The position numbers were made by a program, and so were the translations under genes. A stretch of DNA of 56,861 nucleotides. It comes from Rhizaria sp. SCN 62-66. Taxonomy: Eukaryota. Below the pieces are notes generated by a model. It searched no databases. It had not been told where the DNA came from and saw only the letters and a list, made by a program, of their open reading frames with translations. Within the stretch, counting starts at the first letter, position 1. Each line of letters starts with the position of its first letter. Shown piece by piece: positions 35,787 to 48,591 of the stretch. The stretch covers positions 1-56,861 of the forward strand of contig MEDY01000172.1 in NCBI GenBank assembly GCA_001724265.1, in the 5' to 3' direction.

Positions 35787-38375
35787 TCACTCTCGGCCCG
35801 GATCCATTGGCGACACGGACACCTCCGTTGAAGCATCCCCAACAGCTGCCTCAGCGCCAGCGCCAGCGGTTGCGGTTGCAGACGCGGATGTGGGAGCGGG
35901 AAACTCCCAGCCTGCGTGCGCGAGCGGCGTCTTGTGCATCGCGCAGAACTCTCGAGCGCGCAGCAGCTGCCTGCGCGTTTTTGCGCTGACGCCGACGAGG
36001 GCGACGGCAGCGCCGGCGGCCGCGTAGCGCTGCAGCAGGCGCGTGAGCTCGGCAGCCGCAGTGTAGTCACCGACAACGCAGTCAGAGAGATCCAGCACCA
36101 CCTGGAGCGGGTCACGGACAGGGGTAAACTTGTCTAAGAGCAGGTACGACGAGCCGAAGAAGAGGCCGCCGTCGACGAAGTACAATTTCACTGTGCTCGC
36201 GCGGTCTGTTGGGTCCAGCTGGTGTGCATTCACATCGGCGTTGGAACTGTTGTTTGTGACGGAAATGGAGAGGTCGTGCACTGTGTGACTGTGCGCCTGC
36301 GCAGTGTATCCGTTACCAGCGCCAGCCCGAGAGGACGAGACAGCGTTGTAATCAAGTTGGTGTTGGCCGTCCTCCTCATCGTCATCACCGGTGTTCTTCT
36401 GGGCGTTGTTCAGCATTGCATCGCGCCTGCGCGTGCTATGCTCCGCACTGTGGCTCCCGTCGCTATCACCGTTGCCCCCACCGTTGCCGTTGTCGTTGCC
36501 GTTAAAGTCTCTCGCGAGCCCCGCGGTGAGCGAGGCGTCCCGCAGCGCACCGGGCCCCGCGCGCAGGCCCACGGTCTGCAGCGCCGACAGCGAGTCCACA
36601 CCGTCCGCGGCCGCAGTGCCAGTCTCGCCGCTCGAGTCGAGACTGGCTGAGTCAGCAAATCCGGGGGAGAGCGCACCGGTGGCCGCGGAGACGCCTCGGC
36701 GGCCAGCCCACAGCTCGGCCTGCTTGATCGAGCCGAGTGACCCGGCAGCGAGCGCGGTGCGGAGAGAGGCCCACTGCTGCGGCGCGAGGTGCGCGGGTGT
36801 GACGGTGAACTGCGCGGCCGAGTCTAGCACGAAAACGAGCGCGGAGAGCGCGAGGCCAATGCCGACGGCGATGGTGAGCGAGAGGAACACGGCGGCAAGC
36901 GAGACGGCGACGATGCAGAAGGCGTCCGAAGGGCGCACGCGGTGCAGCATCAGCAGCGACGGCCAATGGAATGTGTGGATCGCGATGCCGAAGATAACGC
37001 CCGCGATGGTGGCCATCGGTACCTCGTTCACGGCAACGTTGAGCGCGAGCACGATGAACAGGACCATCCAGCCGCACACAAACATCGACAGCCGGTTGCG
37101 CGCGCCAGAGTTATAGTTGAGGATGGACTCTCCGACCATGGCGTTGCCGCCCATCCCGCCGAAGAGCGAGGACGCAACGTTGCCCAGCGCCTGTGCGGCG
37201 ACCTCGCGGGACACGTCTTTCTCGCGCAGCGGTTCGTGCAGCAGCTCTGCCATGGCCTGCGCGGTGAGGATTGACTCGATGAGCCCCACAGCAGCGGCGA
37301 AGAAGGCGTACTGCAGCACGGGGCCCCACGATGTGCTAGTGTTGGGGATCGAAGGCCAGTGGAAGGACGGGAGCGAGCCAGCCAGCGGGGCGGACTCGCC
37401 GACGGTGCGCGTGGGGCGGTTGAAGATGACGCGCGCGAAGACGTGCTCAAAGAATGACCCCACGAGCAGCGTGACGAGCGTGGCGGGGATAATCTTGCCG
37501 GCGCGGGGCACGCGCGGGAAGAAATTGATCACTGCGACCGAGAGCAGCACGTTGATGATGCACATCCACGTCGCGCCGTCGGCGAGCGACATGTAGACCT
37601 TGTACTGTGTGGGACACTCCTCGAAGAGCGGGCCAGCTGGGTCGGTGCAGCGCTGGAATGTGGGCAGCTGCGACATGAAGATGACCACGGCCAAACCGTT
37701 GAGAAAGCCGATCATCGTGGTGCGCGGGATAAGGCGCACGAGGCGCCCGAGGCGCAAAAGTCCGATCGCGGCCTGAAAGACGCCGCAGAAAAGCATGGCC
37801 ATAAACAGATGCTCTCGGCGCTCTGATAGAGACAAGTGCGACAACGGGCCGCCTGCGGAGGTGAGCTCGGCGACGGCGATGGCGATGGCGCCGGCGGCAC
37901 CGGAGATGATGGGCGGGCGGCCCGTGAGCAGCCCGGCAATGACGCCCATGAAGAAGCACGAGTAGAGCCCCGAGATGGGGGCCATGTTGGCGAGCACTGC
38001 GAATGCGATGGCTTCCGTGGCCATAACGACTGACAGCGACACACCCGAGAGCACTTCGATGCCGAACGTCAGCGGGTGCGAGCGGTAGTACGCCCACGAG
38101 CTCTGCGCAAACGCGGGCAGTTCTTTGAGCTCGGCAACCGTCTCTTTGGTCGAGTCGAGCGTGGACTGAACGAAGGTGCGGAGACCGCGCAGAGGGTCCG
38201 GAGCGGGGTCGTCGGGGAGCGGCAGCTCCGGATGCAGTGACACGGGCGGCTAGTTCCATGCGGCGCCGTCGCAGGGGCTCGCCATACCGGAAGGAAGCTC
38301 GTGGCGCGGTCGCCGGGCAGATGGGGAGTCACCCGGGAGTGACGGCGTGCCAAGCTCGATGTCCTGCAGTGGCAT
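35787..38375 (-). CDS. SulP/SLC26 anion permease with STAS domain; contains in-frame TAG at 38252-38250
   Basis: Motifs EAIAFA...GLY...GRP.IISGAAGA, IGFLNGLA, VGLIESILTA, GGMGGNAMVGES, and a C-terminal STAS (GGLFFGS...VVLDLSD...DYTAA). ATG at 38375 is in frame through the TAG; the next ATG after the TAG lies inside TM1. Ends TGA. Confidence 0.88.
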
Positions 38376-39137
38376 GCTGGAGTGCGTGGCAAAGTTGAAG
38401 TTCGGAAGAAGAAATATAGGATGATAATAAAGTCGATTGAAGGTATAATAAAGTGATACTGTGCCGGGTGAATTTGTTAACATCATACTAACAGGAAATT
38501 CTCACTGACGGATAATTTGTAGTTATCCATTCAGTATTCATGCTATTCTTGACATCGTTGCGCAGGGAAAGCGGCTCCTCGAACAATAGGAAGTCGTAGT
38601 TGTCGACACCTCTGCGATATCTAGACATTATATCGGTATTATCGGGAAAATATTTGTTAATTAGATGTCATTTTGCATTCGTTGTACTCTAACTTTGTCG
38701 TACAATGCTAGTTACTGTTCATGTTTCCCTATCTTTGTTTCCTTTCGACACCATCTTAGAATCGACGAGCACTACATTGTGGAGTCAAACCGGCTTGTAT
38801 ATTAATACACGTTTGAACAGAATTTTAGCGTGTTTGTACAGCTGTACGGCGCAAGCACAACTCTCAGTAAGTAAATCGTCCTGTGTTATGCTTATCGCTT
38901 GTCGAGAGTGAGGCCCGTCTGCGAACCTTTTGGGACCCCGAGCACCGATTTAGCGTGTTTGGTTGTATGCAACGGTGTGGACTTTCATATCGATAATTTT
39001 TGCGGGTTTACCCAGTAATGGAATAACAGATACCTTTGATCACAGGCGATAGTCTTAATCTAGGTACATATATCTTAGTTTGTAACCCCCGTAGTTAACG
39101 GGTCGGGTAAGATTGCTTTGAGTCCCAAACAAACAAC

Positions 39138-40335
39138 ATGCGCGAGGTTATCTCTATCCACATCGGCCAGGTACGGGCTTCTATATTTCTGCAGTACGCA
39201 GGTTGCTGGTCACAATAATAGTCGCACGGCTGATGTTTTCCTTGATGCCATCAAAGAAATCGCCCGTTTCTCCTTTGAGTCACTGTGTTTCTCCATTTTT
39301 GATGCTCCAAAACACATCCACTTACCTTCGTAATTATCGTTCTTTGCTTTGATCTATCTACCATAGGCCGGTATTCAGGTCGGCAACGCCTGCTGGGAGC
39401 TCTACTGCCTGGAGCACGACATCCAGCCTGACGGCCAGATGATGCCCTCTAACAGTAACTCGATGTTTTCTGACCTGGCGCCATCTAACCAGTCCATCGG
39501 CAGCGGTGAGAACACATTCGACAACTTCTTCTCCGAGACTGGTGCTGGCAAGCACGTTTCCCGTGCTCTCTATCTCGACCTTGAGCCCACTGTGGTCGAT
39601 GAGGTTCGCACCGGCACCTACCGCCATCTCTTCCACCCTGAGCAGCTAATCTCCGGCAAGAGGACGCCGCCAACATATGCGCTCGTGGCCGCTACACCGT
39701 CGGCAAGGAAATCGTTGACCTTGCTCTCGACCGCATACGCAAACTCGCTGGCAGCTGCAGCTACCTCCATGGCTTCATCGTCTTTTACGCCACTGGTGGC
39801 GGTACCGGCTCCGGTCTCGGCTCCCTCCTCCTTGAGCGCCTCTCCGTCGACTACGGCAAGAAGTCCAAGCTCGGCTTCACCATCTTCCCTTCCCCCCAGG
39901 TTGCCACCGCCGTCGTTGAGCCCTACAACACCGTTCTGTGCTCGCATGCCCTCCTCGAGCACACCGACGCCGAGTTCCTCGTCGACAACGAGGCTATCTC
40001 CGATGTCTGCCGCCGCAACCTCGACATTGAGCGCCCCACCTACACCAACCTGAAACCTGAACCGCCTCATTGCCCAGGTCATCTCCTCGCTCACCACGTC
40101 CCTTCGCTTTGATGGCACCCTTAACGCCGATCTCACCGAGTTCCAGACTGTCCCTTACCCGCGCCTTCACTTCACCCTCGCGTCGTACGCCCCCATCATC
40201 TCCGCCGACAAGACCTACCAGCCGTTCACGGTTGCCGAGCTCACCAACGCCGTGTTCGAGCCCACCAACCTCATTACCAAGTGCGACCCCCGCCTCGGCA
40301 AGTTCATGTCCTGCTCGGTGATGTACCGCGGTGAC
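39138..40335 (+). pseudogene. TUBA: Alpha-tubulin pseudogene (intron-retaining, frameshifted, 3'-truncated)
   Basis: MREVISIHIGQ, then intron 39171-39366 (GTACGG...ATAG), then [17 protein letters not shown]. One-base loss at ~39660 in GKEDAA; GGGTGSG present; 7-nt duplication AACCTGA at 40047-40060; NL missing from EFQTNLVPYPR; homology stops after MYRGD. Confidence 0.9.
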
Positions 40336-40557
40336 TTCGTACTGACGGTGATGGCGAGTACTAATTAGTACTCTGATGAGCTGTCATTCTCTACTGCTGT
40401 CTTGGCTCCCGTGTCTGCGTCTGCAATCATGGTTGGCCATCGGTAGTGCGCGTGTCCCGCTCATGTGGCCTTCATGCGCACTCAAGATCTTGAATATACC
40501 AGTAAATGTTCATATAAAAGTCCAATAGTACATATTTATAAATTATGACGTTCGACA

Positions 40558-40598
40558 ACAAATGGCGTGAGATATCACCCTCACTGTTCGAAGCCAAG
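40558..40598 (+). repeat. Copy A of a 41-bp dispersed direct repeat (copy B at 49144-49184)
   Basis: ACAAATGGCGTGAGATA(T/A)CA(C/T)CCTCACTGTTCGAAGCCAAG; 2 mismatches between copies; both preceded by ATGACGTTC. Confidence 0.85.
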
Positions 40599-40756
40599 CA
40601 AGGAATCCACGGCCTCCAGAATCTAAATATAGAGCATACATATTGTGCATGTATTGTATTATTTTACTGGTTAAAACAAATGGCGGCACTATCTTTCGGT
40701 TCAACTAACCAAATGCACTCTTTCCCTCTCTGTCCCTCTCACAGCACGCAGTGCGC

Positions 40757-43700
40757 TTACGCCGTAGCCCTGCCCAGCGGCGCCGCGTCCTCGTCAGGCT
40801 CATCGTACTGCGGCGGCGCATCCTTGCCCGCGGCGCCTTGAGCTGCATCAACCTTGTTTGTGTCGTCGTCGTCGTGGTGGGCAGGAGCACTGTGAAACAC
40901 GACTGCGGACGCAACCACACCAGCGTCTGTGTCTGCGTCAACGTCTGCGTGCACGTCGTTGATGTCAACGGTCTTGCCGCTATCAGCAGATCCCTCGATC
41001 GCGTTGGCGCCAGCAGCAACAGCACCCATCATCACCATTGTTTGCACGAGGGCTTCGCTTACGCGGTGCCGGCCGCCGCGGCCTTGGCGGCGTGCACCTC
41101 GGCGAGACGCTTGCGCTCGCTGGCCACGCCGGGCAACAGGAGCAACAGCAACAGGAGCAACAGCAGCAGCAGCGTTGACATCAGCCTCGGCGTTAACTTC
41201 AACATCAGCGTTGGCCTCGACATCAGCTGGAGCTGCGCTATCAGCGGTTCCAGCACCAGCGTTGGCATCAGCGCCATCAACTGCGAAAACAGCCGCACCC
41301 GCACTCGCACCCACGGCAGCAGCAGCAGCAGCAGCCGCAGCCACAGCGTCAGCGCCATCACCGCTCTTCTCCTTCTGACCGCGACGGCAGCAACAGCAAT
41401 AGGCGATGATAATGATAGCAATCAGCAGAGCAGCACCGCCGGCAGCAGCGCCGATGATGATAGGCAGAGAGTCACTACCACCGCCTCCGCCTGCGACAGT
41501 ACCGTCGTCAGTGCCGTCACCGCCCACGCCGCTGTTGTCACCGGGAACGCCGTCGGTGCCGGGGTCGGGCTTCACAGGGCCAGTAGGATCAGTAGGCACT
41601 GTGGGATCTGTAGGTCCAGTAGGGTCAGTGGGTCCAGCGGGCTGATTAGTGCATGTGTTAGCGCCGGTGCGCAGCGTCTGCGCGCAGGTAGTAAGAACAC
41701 CCTGCACGCCGCACTGCTTTGTTGCGGGGCAGTAGACGCACGACACCGAGGCCTCGAGCACCTCGAGACAGGCCTCGCAAGCGTTAGACGTGGGCACGCA
41801 CAGCGCGTACGCCGTCAAAGACGGGAAGGCCGCCGCGCTTGTCGGCGGCGCCGCGTTGGCGCCAGACACGGACATCAGCGACGAGGCGAGACTGGCGGAC
41901 GACGCGGCTGCGTTGCCGCCCATTGACGACGCGGCGCTGTTGTTGGCGTCGACGGCCGCAAAGCGCACGCTCATGGTCACGGCGTGCACGTCGCCAGTGT
42001 TGGCGCGCACAAACGACTGCTGCTGCTGAGGGAGCACCGCGGCGGAGGACGAAGCGGCCGCAGCGACGCTGGCGGCGGCGCGCGCAAACGGACGAGAGCC
42101 GCTGCCGGATGCACTAACACCAGCCGGCGCCGTGGCCTGCGTCTGTTCAAGCAGCCCCGCGGCCTGCAGGCGGTACCGGTGTGAAAACGGGCTGATCACC
42201 GCGTTGGCGGCAGAATTAGCAGCAGCACGAGCAAAAGGAGAGCCAGCGGCAGCAACAGTAAATGCTGGAGCAAGCTGCTGCGCATCTGCCTTGCTTTCTT
42301 TCTTGGCATCATTTTTGTCGCTGTTTCCACTGCCAAAGATCAAATCCTTCGCCGTCTTCAAGGCGTAGTCTTTGATCTCTGCGGTAACGCGCGTCTTGAG
42401 CGTGCCAAGTGCATCAGCGAGGTGGTTCGACACCAGTGCCTCGAACGATTGCGTCTCGGTGGGGTTATCAAAGTTGGGTGTAATCTCATCCTCGTCGGCA
42501 ATCAGCATCGTAATGATTTGCTCAGTCTCCCACTCAGCAGGGCCGTCCTTAGAAAGCGTCGTCTTGAAAAAACACGCGTCTGCGACGTCGAATTTAACTT
42601 GGGTAGCATTGAAATAACTCCGTTTGCTGTGATCGAACACTTTGATGTCGATGTCGTGCGCGTACTCGGCTGCGCGAATGCCTACGTCAACATCAAAGCG
42701 CAAGCGGTGCGGCTCAGTACAGGTGCCAAACGCCACTAAAGCAACAGGCGTAAACGAGGGCATACCGTCCAAGTCGAAATCAGCAGTTGCGTTGGCGTAC
42801 AATGGCAGTAGAAAACTCGCGCTGACGAAGCTGCTTGCCTGGAGCTTGAGTTTCGGCAAGAACATAAACTCAAACTCTGCGTGTCCTTTGATGTCGACGT
42901 TGTGCGTCCAATCGTAGCGCAGATCGCTACGCACAACCGTAAAGCCGTCGGCGTCGTTGTACGCCAGCTGCATGGGGTCCTGAGTAATGTGGCCGCGTAC
43001 GTTAAGAGACCCCTGCGCTTTTAAGCTGCCAGTGATGTTGATACCAAACCCGAGGTTTACACCAAAGCTAAAATCGATGGATGCAATGGAGAAACTGGCG
43101 CCAACCAAGTCGATCGAGCCTAAGTTGTAGCTTTGGTCTGGCATCTTAGCCTCAATGGACGCCATGGCGATCGCGTCGACGTACGCCCTCAGGGTGCCTG
43201 TGGAGACGCCAGCCTTAAACGTGTCGATCGGGCTTGTGATCTCGAAGAAGATTGTGTCGAGCCGTGCACTACCAGTAGCGTAACAGTTGGAGCAGGCGAC
43301 AGAGGCGCTAGCGTGTGTGATGTACTTGCCACAGCATAGTTTTTTGGAAGCAAAGCTTGTGTCGGTAGAATCGCAGTCGACGTCAGAGCAGCTCACTTCC
43401 TTCTCGAATGTCTTTTTTGCGCGCTGGGTTACGTGGTCGAAGTTGAAGCCTTCCGCGGTGGCAAGGGTGGACGTGACTGAAATAAAAGGGGACTCCCAAG
43501 TGTCGCAAAAAACGCCAAGCGCAAAGCAGTTGTACGTAATGCGAATGTAGTATGGTAAAGGTGACGCAGCTAGAGATTTTCCAGAAAATGTCACAGTGAA
43601 AGACGCACCGTTTGCGATTGTCCTGGTGCTAACATCGTTTTGTGCAAAGTCTGGCAACCCAGGAATTGCGCGGTACAAGTCGATCTCACCAGTAATGGAC

Positions 43701-46700
43701 TTGCCTGCAAGCGAACGCAAACTGAAGGTTGTGGGCTGGCCGGCAGGAAGTGTGCGACTTAAATCAGGCGAGACAAGGACAAAGACGTCGGGGTTAACAA
43801 CTGAGAGCGTTTCAGAACCCCACTGGTCGCAATCTCCGTCGACGCAGTTGTACTTGAAGATGAAGGAGTACTTGCTCGTGAGCGAGGTGACGGCGGGGAA
43901 CGCCTGAGCAACTTCGTACTCGCCGCCCGGGACCACGCTGCCAGTGAAGGTGCGCGAAGCAACCACGCGCTACTTGAAGTCGCGCTCCACCAAGTTGATC
44001 GTAATGCCGGTATTAATGTTCAGACTTGTCGACTTGAAGCGCAGTGGAATAGGCTTGTTGTACTTGATCACAGCGGTCGGCTCAAGAAGCTCAAGAACGC
44101 TATACGTTGTAACACGAGTGGAGCTCCAATGCGAGCAGGCAATAGATCCACAGTCGTACGAAATCTTGGCGTAATGTGCGCCTACTGGTGGCGGGAACGA
44201 GCAATTGAACTGCACAATCCCGCTGCTCGGCACAATTGTCGGCTTTGTGTCCACGACCGATAGCTCAGCATCGAACCATAGCTTGACGTCGGTGTGGCAC
44301 GACACAGTGATTGGCTGGCCAATCCTAGTAGAGCGCGCTTTGATTATGAACGTGTGCTTACTTCCTGCGGGTGCCGTTAGCGCCGAAATAAGAGTAAAAT
44401 CGGTCGATAACGGCAGCGAAAACTGGTGCGACTGTGACGTGGCGCCGTTGCCGTACTCGAAGTAAAAATACATCGGATACTTCGACCCTTTAACAGCAGG
44501 AATGTTAAAGGAAAATGTGGAAAAGCTGGGGACATTTTGCGTCAATGTGTAAAAAATCTCGTCTCCAACTGCTTTGTCATCGTACAGAGTAACTTTGTTT
44601 GTTGTCGCGGAGCTATATCCTGATTGAAACACAGCAGTAAACGGCTCGTCTGCCGGAAGAATCTGTTTAGTTGTAGGTGAGATCAACTTGAAATGCGACA
44701 GATAGAAGCGTGTTGGGGCTGATTGCACAAACCCGCAGGCACTAGAATCCGTGCCCTGACAGAGCGTGCGCATCTCAACGTAAAATTCGTCGTCGTAACT
44801 GAATGAATACGTGCCAATATTAAAGTAAACTGTAAACCGTTGTTGCACGCCTGCCACGAATGAAAAAGTCCCTTCACGCCCGTCAACATCAGAGTCAGGT
44901 CCCGCAATATCTTCCTTGAGTAAGAATATTAAACGAACATTCTGCACGTTGCGGCTCATTGTAACCGTGAACACTTTGCTGACAGTTGAGCCGTTGACAA
45001 ACAGATTTTTCGACAGCTCAACATCATCCATCCCCACTGTTGGAAGTACATAGCTGCGACTTGCTGACGTCCATACAAACGAGCCACACTTAAGACGGAA
45101 ATGCACGTCTGCCGCGGCTTTAAAAGTGAGCCCGACCAAGGTCATTATATTCGGGGAGAATGAAACGACCGTAACGTATTCTGTGATTGTGTCACCCAAG
45201 AAGCTTGGAATAACGGCGCTTAGTGACGGCGTGCAAGACGCTGGAAGCGTTGCATACTGGGCGATTTGAAGAGTATAGGGAGAGCCATAGACAAGCTGCT
45301 GCGACGACGACGGAACAACAAGCTCAAAATCGGTGATCGAAAACTTGCTTGACCACCAATAGTCCGAGCTGGGAAAGCTAGAACACACAACACGAAGCGC
45401 AAACACTTGTTCTGCGCTGTTGCCGCCGCGCGCGACACGAAGACTTACAGTGTGAGAGCGCCCCGACTGTGTTGTGATCTTTACGGTAGAGTTTGACATA
45501 ACGTCGTCCGAATAGCGGGTGATGCCTTCATAAACAACTGACACGACGCATTCTTTACTCGAGCTGTAAGCTCCAGACAGAATCTGAAAATCGATCCATT
45601 CGTTGGCCTTAATAGAAAGCTTCGGGTTTAACCAGTAAAAAGTCATATCGCCGTGATCAAGCTTTTTGAAGCCTGCTGACGTGTTCGTGTTTGCAACGCC
45701 GTCAAATGCAGCACTGGCAGCTTCACCCCGCACAGCACCGGGTGAAACAGCAAGCAACGCAGGTGTTGCAGCCGCCTCAGACGCTGCAACGCCGGCGGTT
45801 GTAACTGCACGCTCCAGAGCAGGCTCGGCTTGCAAAAGCTCCGCGTGCGACGTCCGCAGCACCATGGCCTCCGGAAAGAGCTCAGACAGCTCAGCCAGCA
45901 CTGCCGCGTCCGCTGCGTACGTTGCGCCTGCGCCTGCGTTAGCGTCTGCGTCTTCCTCGCTTAAAGAGCCAGTCATAGACGCGAAGCCACTGCCAAAAGC
46001 GGTTTCGGCAGTTTGTTTCTGTTGCTGTTGCTGTTGCTGCCGCTGTAGCGCAGCGGCAGGTGCCAGCGAGTCTGGAAGCAGCGACATGGACGCAAGCGCG
46101 CCGCGCGCAGCCGCGCTCCAACTGTTGCAGTACGCCTTAACAGCAGGGTGCGCCATCACCTGCGCCCAGTCTGCGGCGCTGGGGTCCGCAAACAACATCG
46201 ACACGGCGCCAGAGCGGAACAGCGCACCGGACGCCGCGGGCGCCGTGCGCAACGCCAGCGTCTGCAGCCCTGTCGTGGGGTCGCGCGTTACAGTCACGCC
46301 GTTGCGCAGCACGCGGCGGTAAAAGCCGCCCGCGAGAGACGCGCTCACGCTGGGCTCCGACGACAAAGAAGACGATGACAACGCGGAGTCGCGCGGACGC
46401 TCGGCTGCGGCGTGCGCGCGGGCGTTAGCAGAGCCAGCGCCGGAGCCGGAGGCTGAGTGAGCGCGAGCGTAAGGGTGAGCGCGGAGCTGTGTGGATTGAT
46501 TGGCAGCAAGCGCGGCCGCAAGCACGGTGGCATCTAGACCGAAGTCAAGACTCGTCACAGAGTCAGCGTCGTGGTCGTAATCGTCTATGTAGTTGCTGTC
46601 GTTGTCAACGTCGTAGTCGTCGTCGTCACTGACAGAGCTGTCAAAGTCACTCACGTTCACAACAGCCTCTGTGATCGCACCACCGAAAGCGGCGTCACGC

Positions 46701-47620
46701 AGAATAGGCTCGGACTAAACAATGACCGAGCTATCCAGCTGCGGAGGCTGATGAGAAATCGGAGTGTCGATAACAAAAGTGACGCCAGAATCAAACGCAG
46801 ACGCAGACTCAGACGTGGATGCGGATGCAGCGCCTGCCTTGGCCTTGCGACGGCGTGTGCGTGTGCGTGTGCGCGTTTGCTTGCGAGCACTTGCGGACGC
46901 AGCCTTTGCGTCTTCGTCCGCGCTCTCAACGCCAGCGTCGGTGCAGCCCACGCTGTCTGCGCCGGGCGCGTACAGCAGCCAGCCGGGACGCAGGCCGGCA
47001 CCGTGGGCCCACGCCGCGGCGTCGGCGTCGGCGGGAATGCCGTTCACCGTTACCGTCGACGAGCTGCACGTAATCGTGGGTGCAGAAGTTAAAGCCGCGG
47101 CAGCATTGGGCGCGAAAGACAGCGCGTCGAGCCTGAGCGTGTTGGGGCGCAGGACGGCGTCGTAGTTGTAGTCCGTGCGGCGCTGCGACGCGGCGTCGAG
47201 AAATGACACGGAGTAGTTGTACACGCGCGAGCCGTCGCGCAGAAACGACGTTGGGGCGGGCACAAACGTTAGCGGGCTGCGCGCGGGCGAGCGCGAGGCG
47301 CCGGGCTTGTTGAACTGCACAGGGGCAGAGTGTTAAAGCAGTGCATGATGAGTGGAGCGCATGAGTGGACGCGAAAAGACAAAAGATGAGGGAGGCGAGA
47401 AATTTTGAGTTGTTGAAGTAATATGTAATTTTGTACGTTGGGGGATAGCGTGGGTGCGCTTTGGATACATGTCGCGCTAAAGCAAAAATATGAAGCTGTC
47501 CGAAAAGTAACTGTGACGTACAACCAGGACACCGAGAACGGTGAAGGTGACGGTGATAGCGACACCGAAGAAGATTGCGAGCGCAATCATAATCCGACGG
47601 CACGTGGGTTTAGCCCCCAT
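40757..47620 (-). CDS. Giant (~2218 aa) cell-surface protein: N-terminal hydrophobic anchor, tandem beta-rich modules, PSI-like Cys cluster, PTD stalk, C-terminal TM; in-frame TAGs at 46717-46715 and 43972-43970
   Basis: Exon 1 47620-47522 (MGAKPTCRRIMIALAIFFGVAITVTFTVLGVLV), intron GTACGT...TGCAG, exon 2 47314-40757. Three track ORFs (46715..47320, 43970..46660, 40757..43966) share one frame and are split only by TAG. TM IIIGAAAGGAALLIAIIIIAY followed by CCCCRR. Ends TAA. Confidence 0.75.
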
Positions 47621-48501
47621 TGTGCGTGGATCTACGCGCGGGGTGCGTGGAGAAACGCAGGAGAAACAACAATGGTCCAGTTGAGCCCAGAAGCAGCACG
47701 TTCAAAGAAAAAATGGACACATCGAGGTGGGGGGCGGGGGGGGGGGGGCAAAAGAAAATTTGACATTTTTAAGGGTGTGGAGAAAAAATACAGGTGTGAA
47801 CATGCGCCAAATAGCAAGAGTGGCGGTAGTATAGTTTGTTTGTGCAGTACGGCGTGCATTATACGCGTCTTCTGAGGCGAGCTCAGCGGGGCCGCACAGG
47901 ACCAATGTCCAACAAATGCAACATTGGAATCAAACAAGCATATGATTCGTATGCACAAGTCTTAAATAAATAGGGAAATATAAAGCTCAAGCTTAAAATA
48001 TGATACATTGCCTTGAAACCAAAGCATAGGCGTTTCTCATGACGTAGGTCGGCAGATTATTGACGGCTTGCACACTGCAATCCAACAATTGTCGCGAATT
48101 TACACCTACGGCAGAGATCTATAGTCCGCACGATCTTTTTCTTCTTTTTCGCGTCTTAAATCATGACATGACTCACTAATACAAATTAGTATAATATAAA
48201 ATAACATGTTTGATGCAGTAGATAGTGGATTTATTTTTCAATCTGGCTTGATCTCAGAGTTCTATGTCTACAAGTGTATTTTTGTATTTCGTGGACAATA
48301 TGGGGCTTTGCGCAAAAATGTCCCGACTATGCACTATGCTTGCCATCCGAATTTCGAAGAAACGCCTTCGAAAAAACGCCTTTTACAATCACAAGTTACA
48401 CTGCAATGTTAGAAATTTGTAACTATACACCGAAGCGATGTATATGAGGATGGAATAACATGTAACTATTGGCCACACAAGACCACTTATAAATTCGGGG
48501 A

Positions 48502-48591
48502 CCTCGCCGCCGCCCGCCTCGCCGCCGCCCGCCTCGCCGCCGCCCGCCTCGCCGCCGCCCGCCTTGCAGCTGCCCGCCTCGCCGCCGCCCG
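48502..48591. repeat. 15-bp GC-rich minisatellite (CCTCGCCGCCGCCCG), about 6 units
   Basis: Directly visible tandem array with one degenerate unit (CCTTGCAGCTGCCCG). Confidence 0.85.

Noticed and set aside
48502-48591. CRISPR-like array
   Set aside because: Units are directly adjacent with no unique spacers, there are no cas genes, and the context is eukaryotic.
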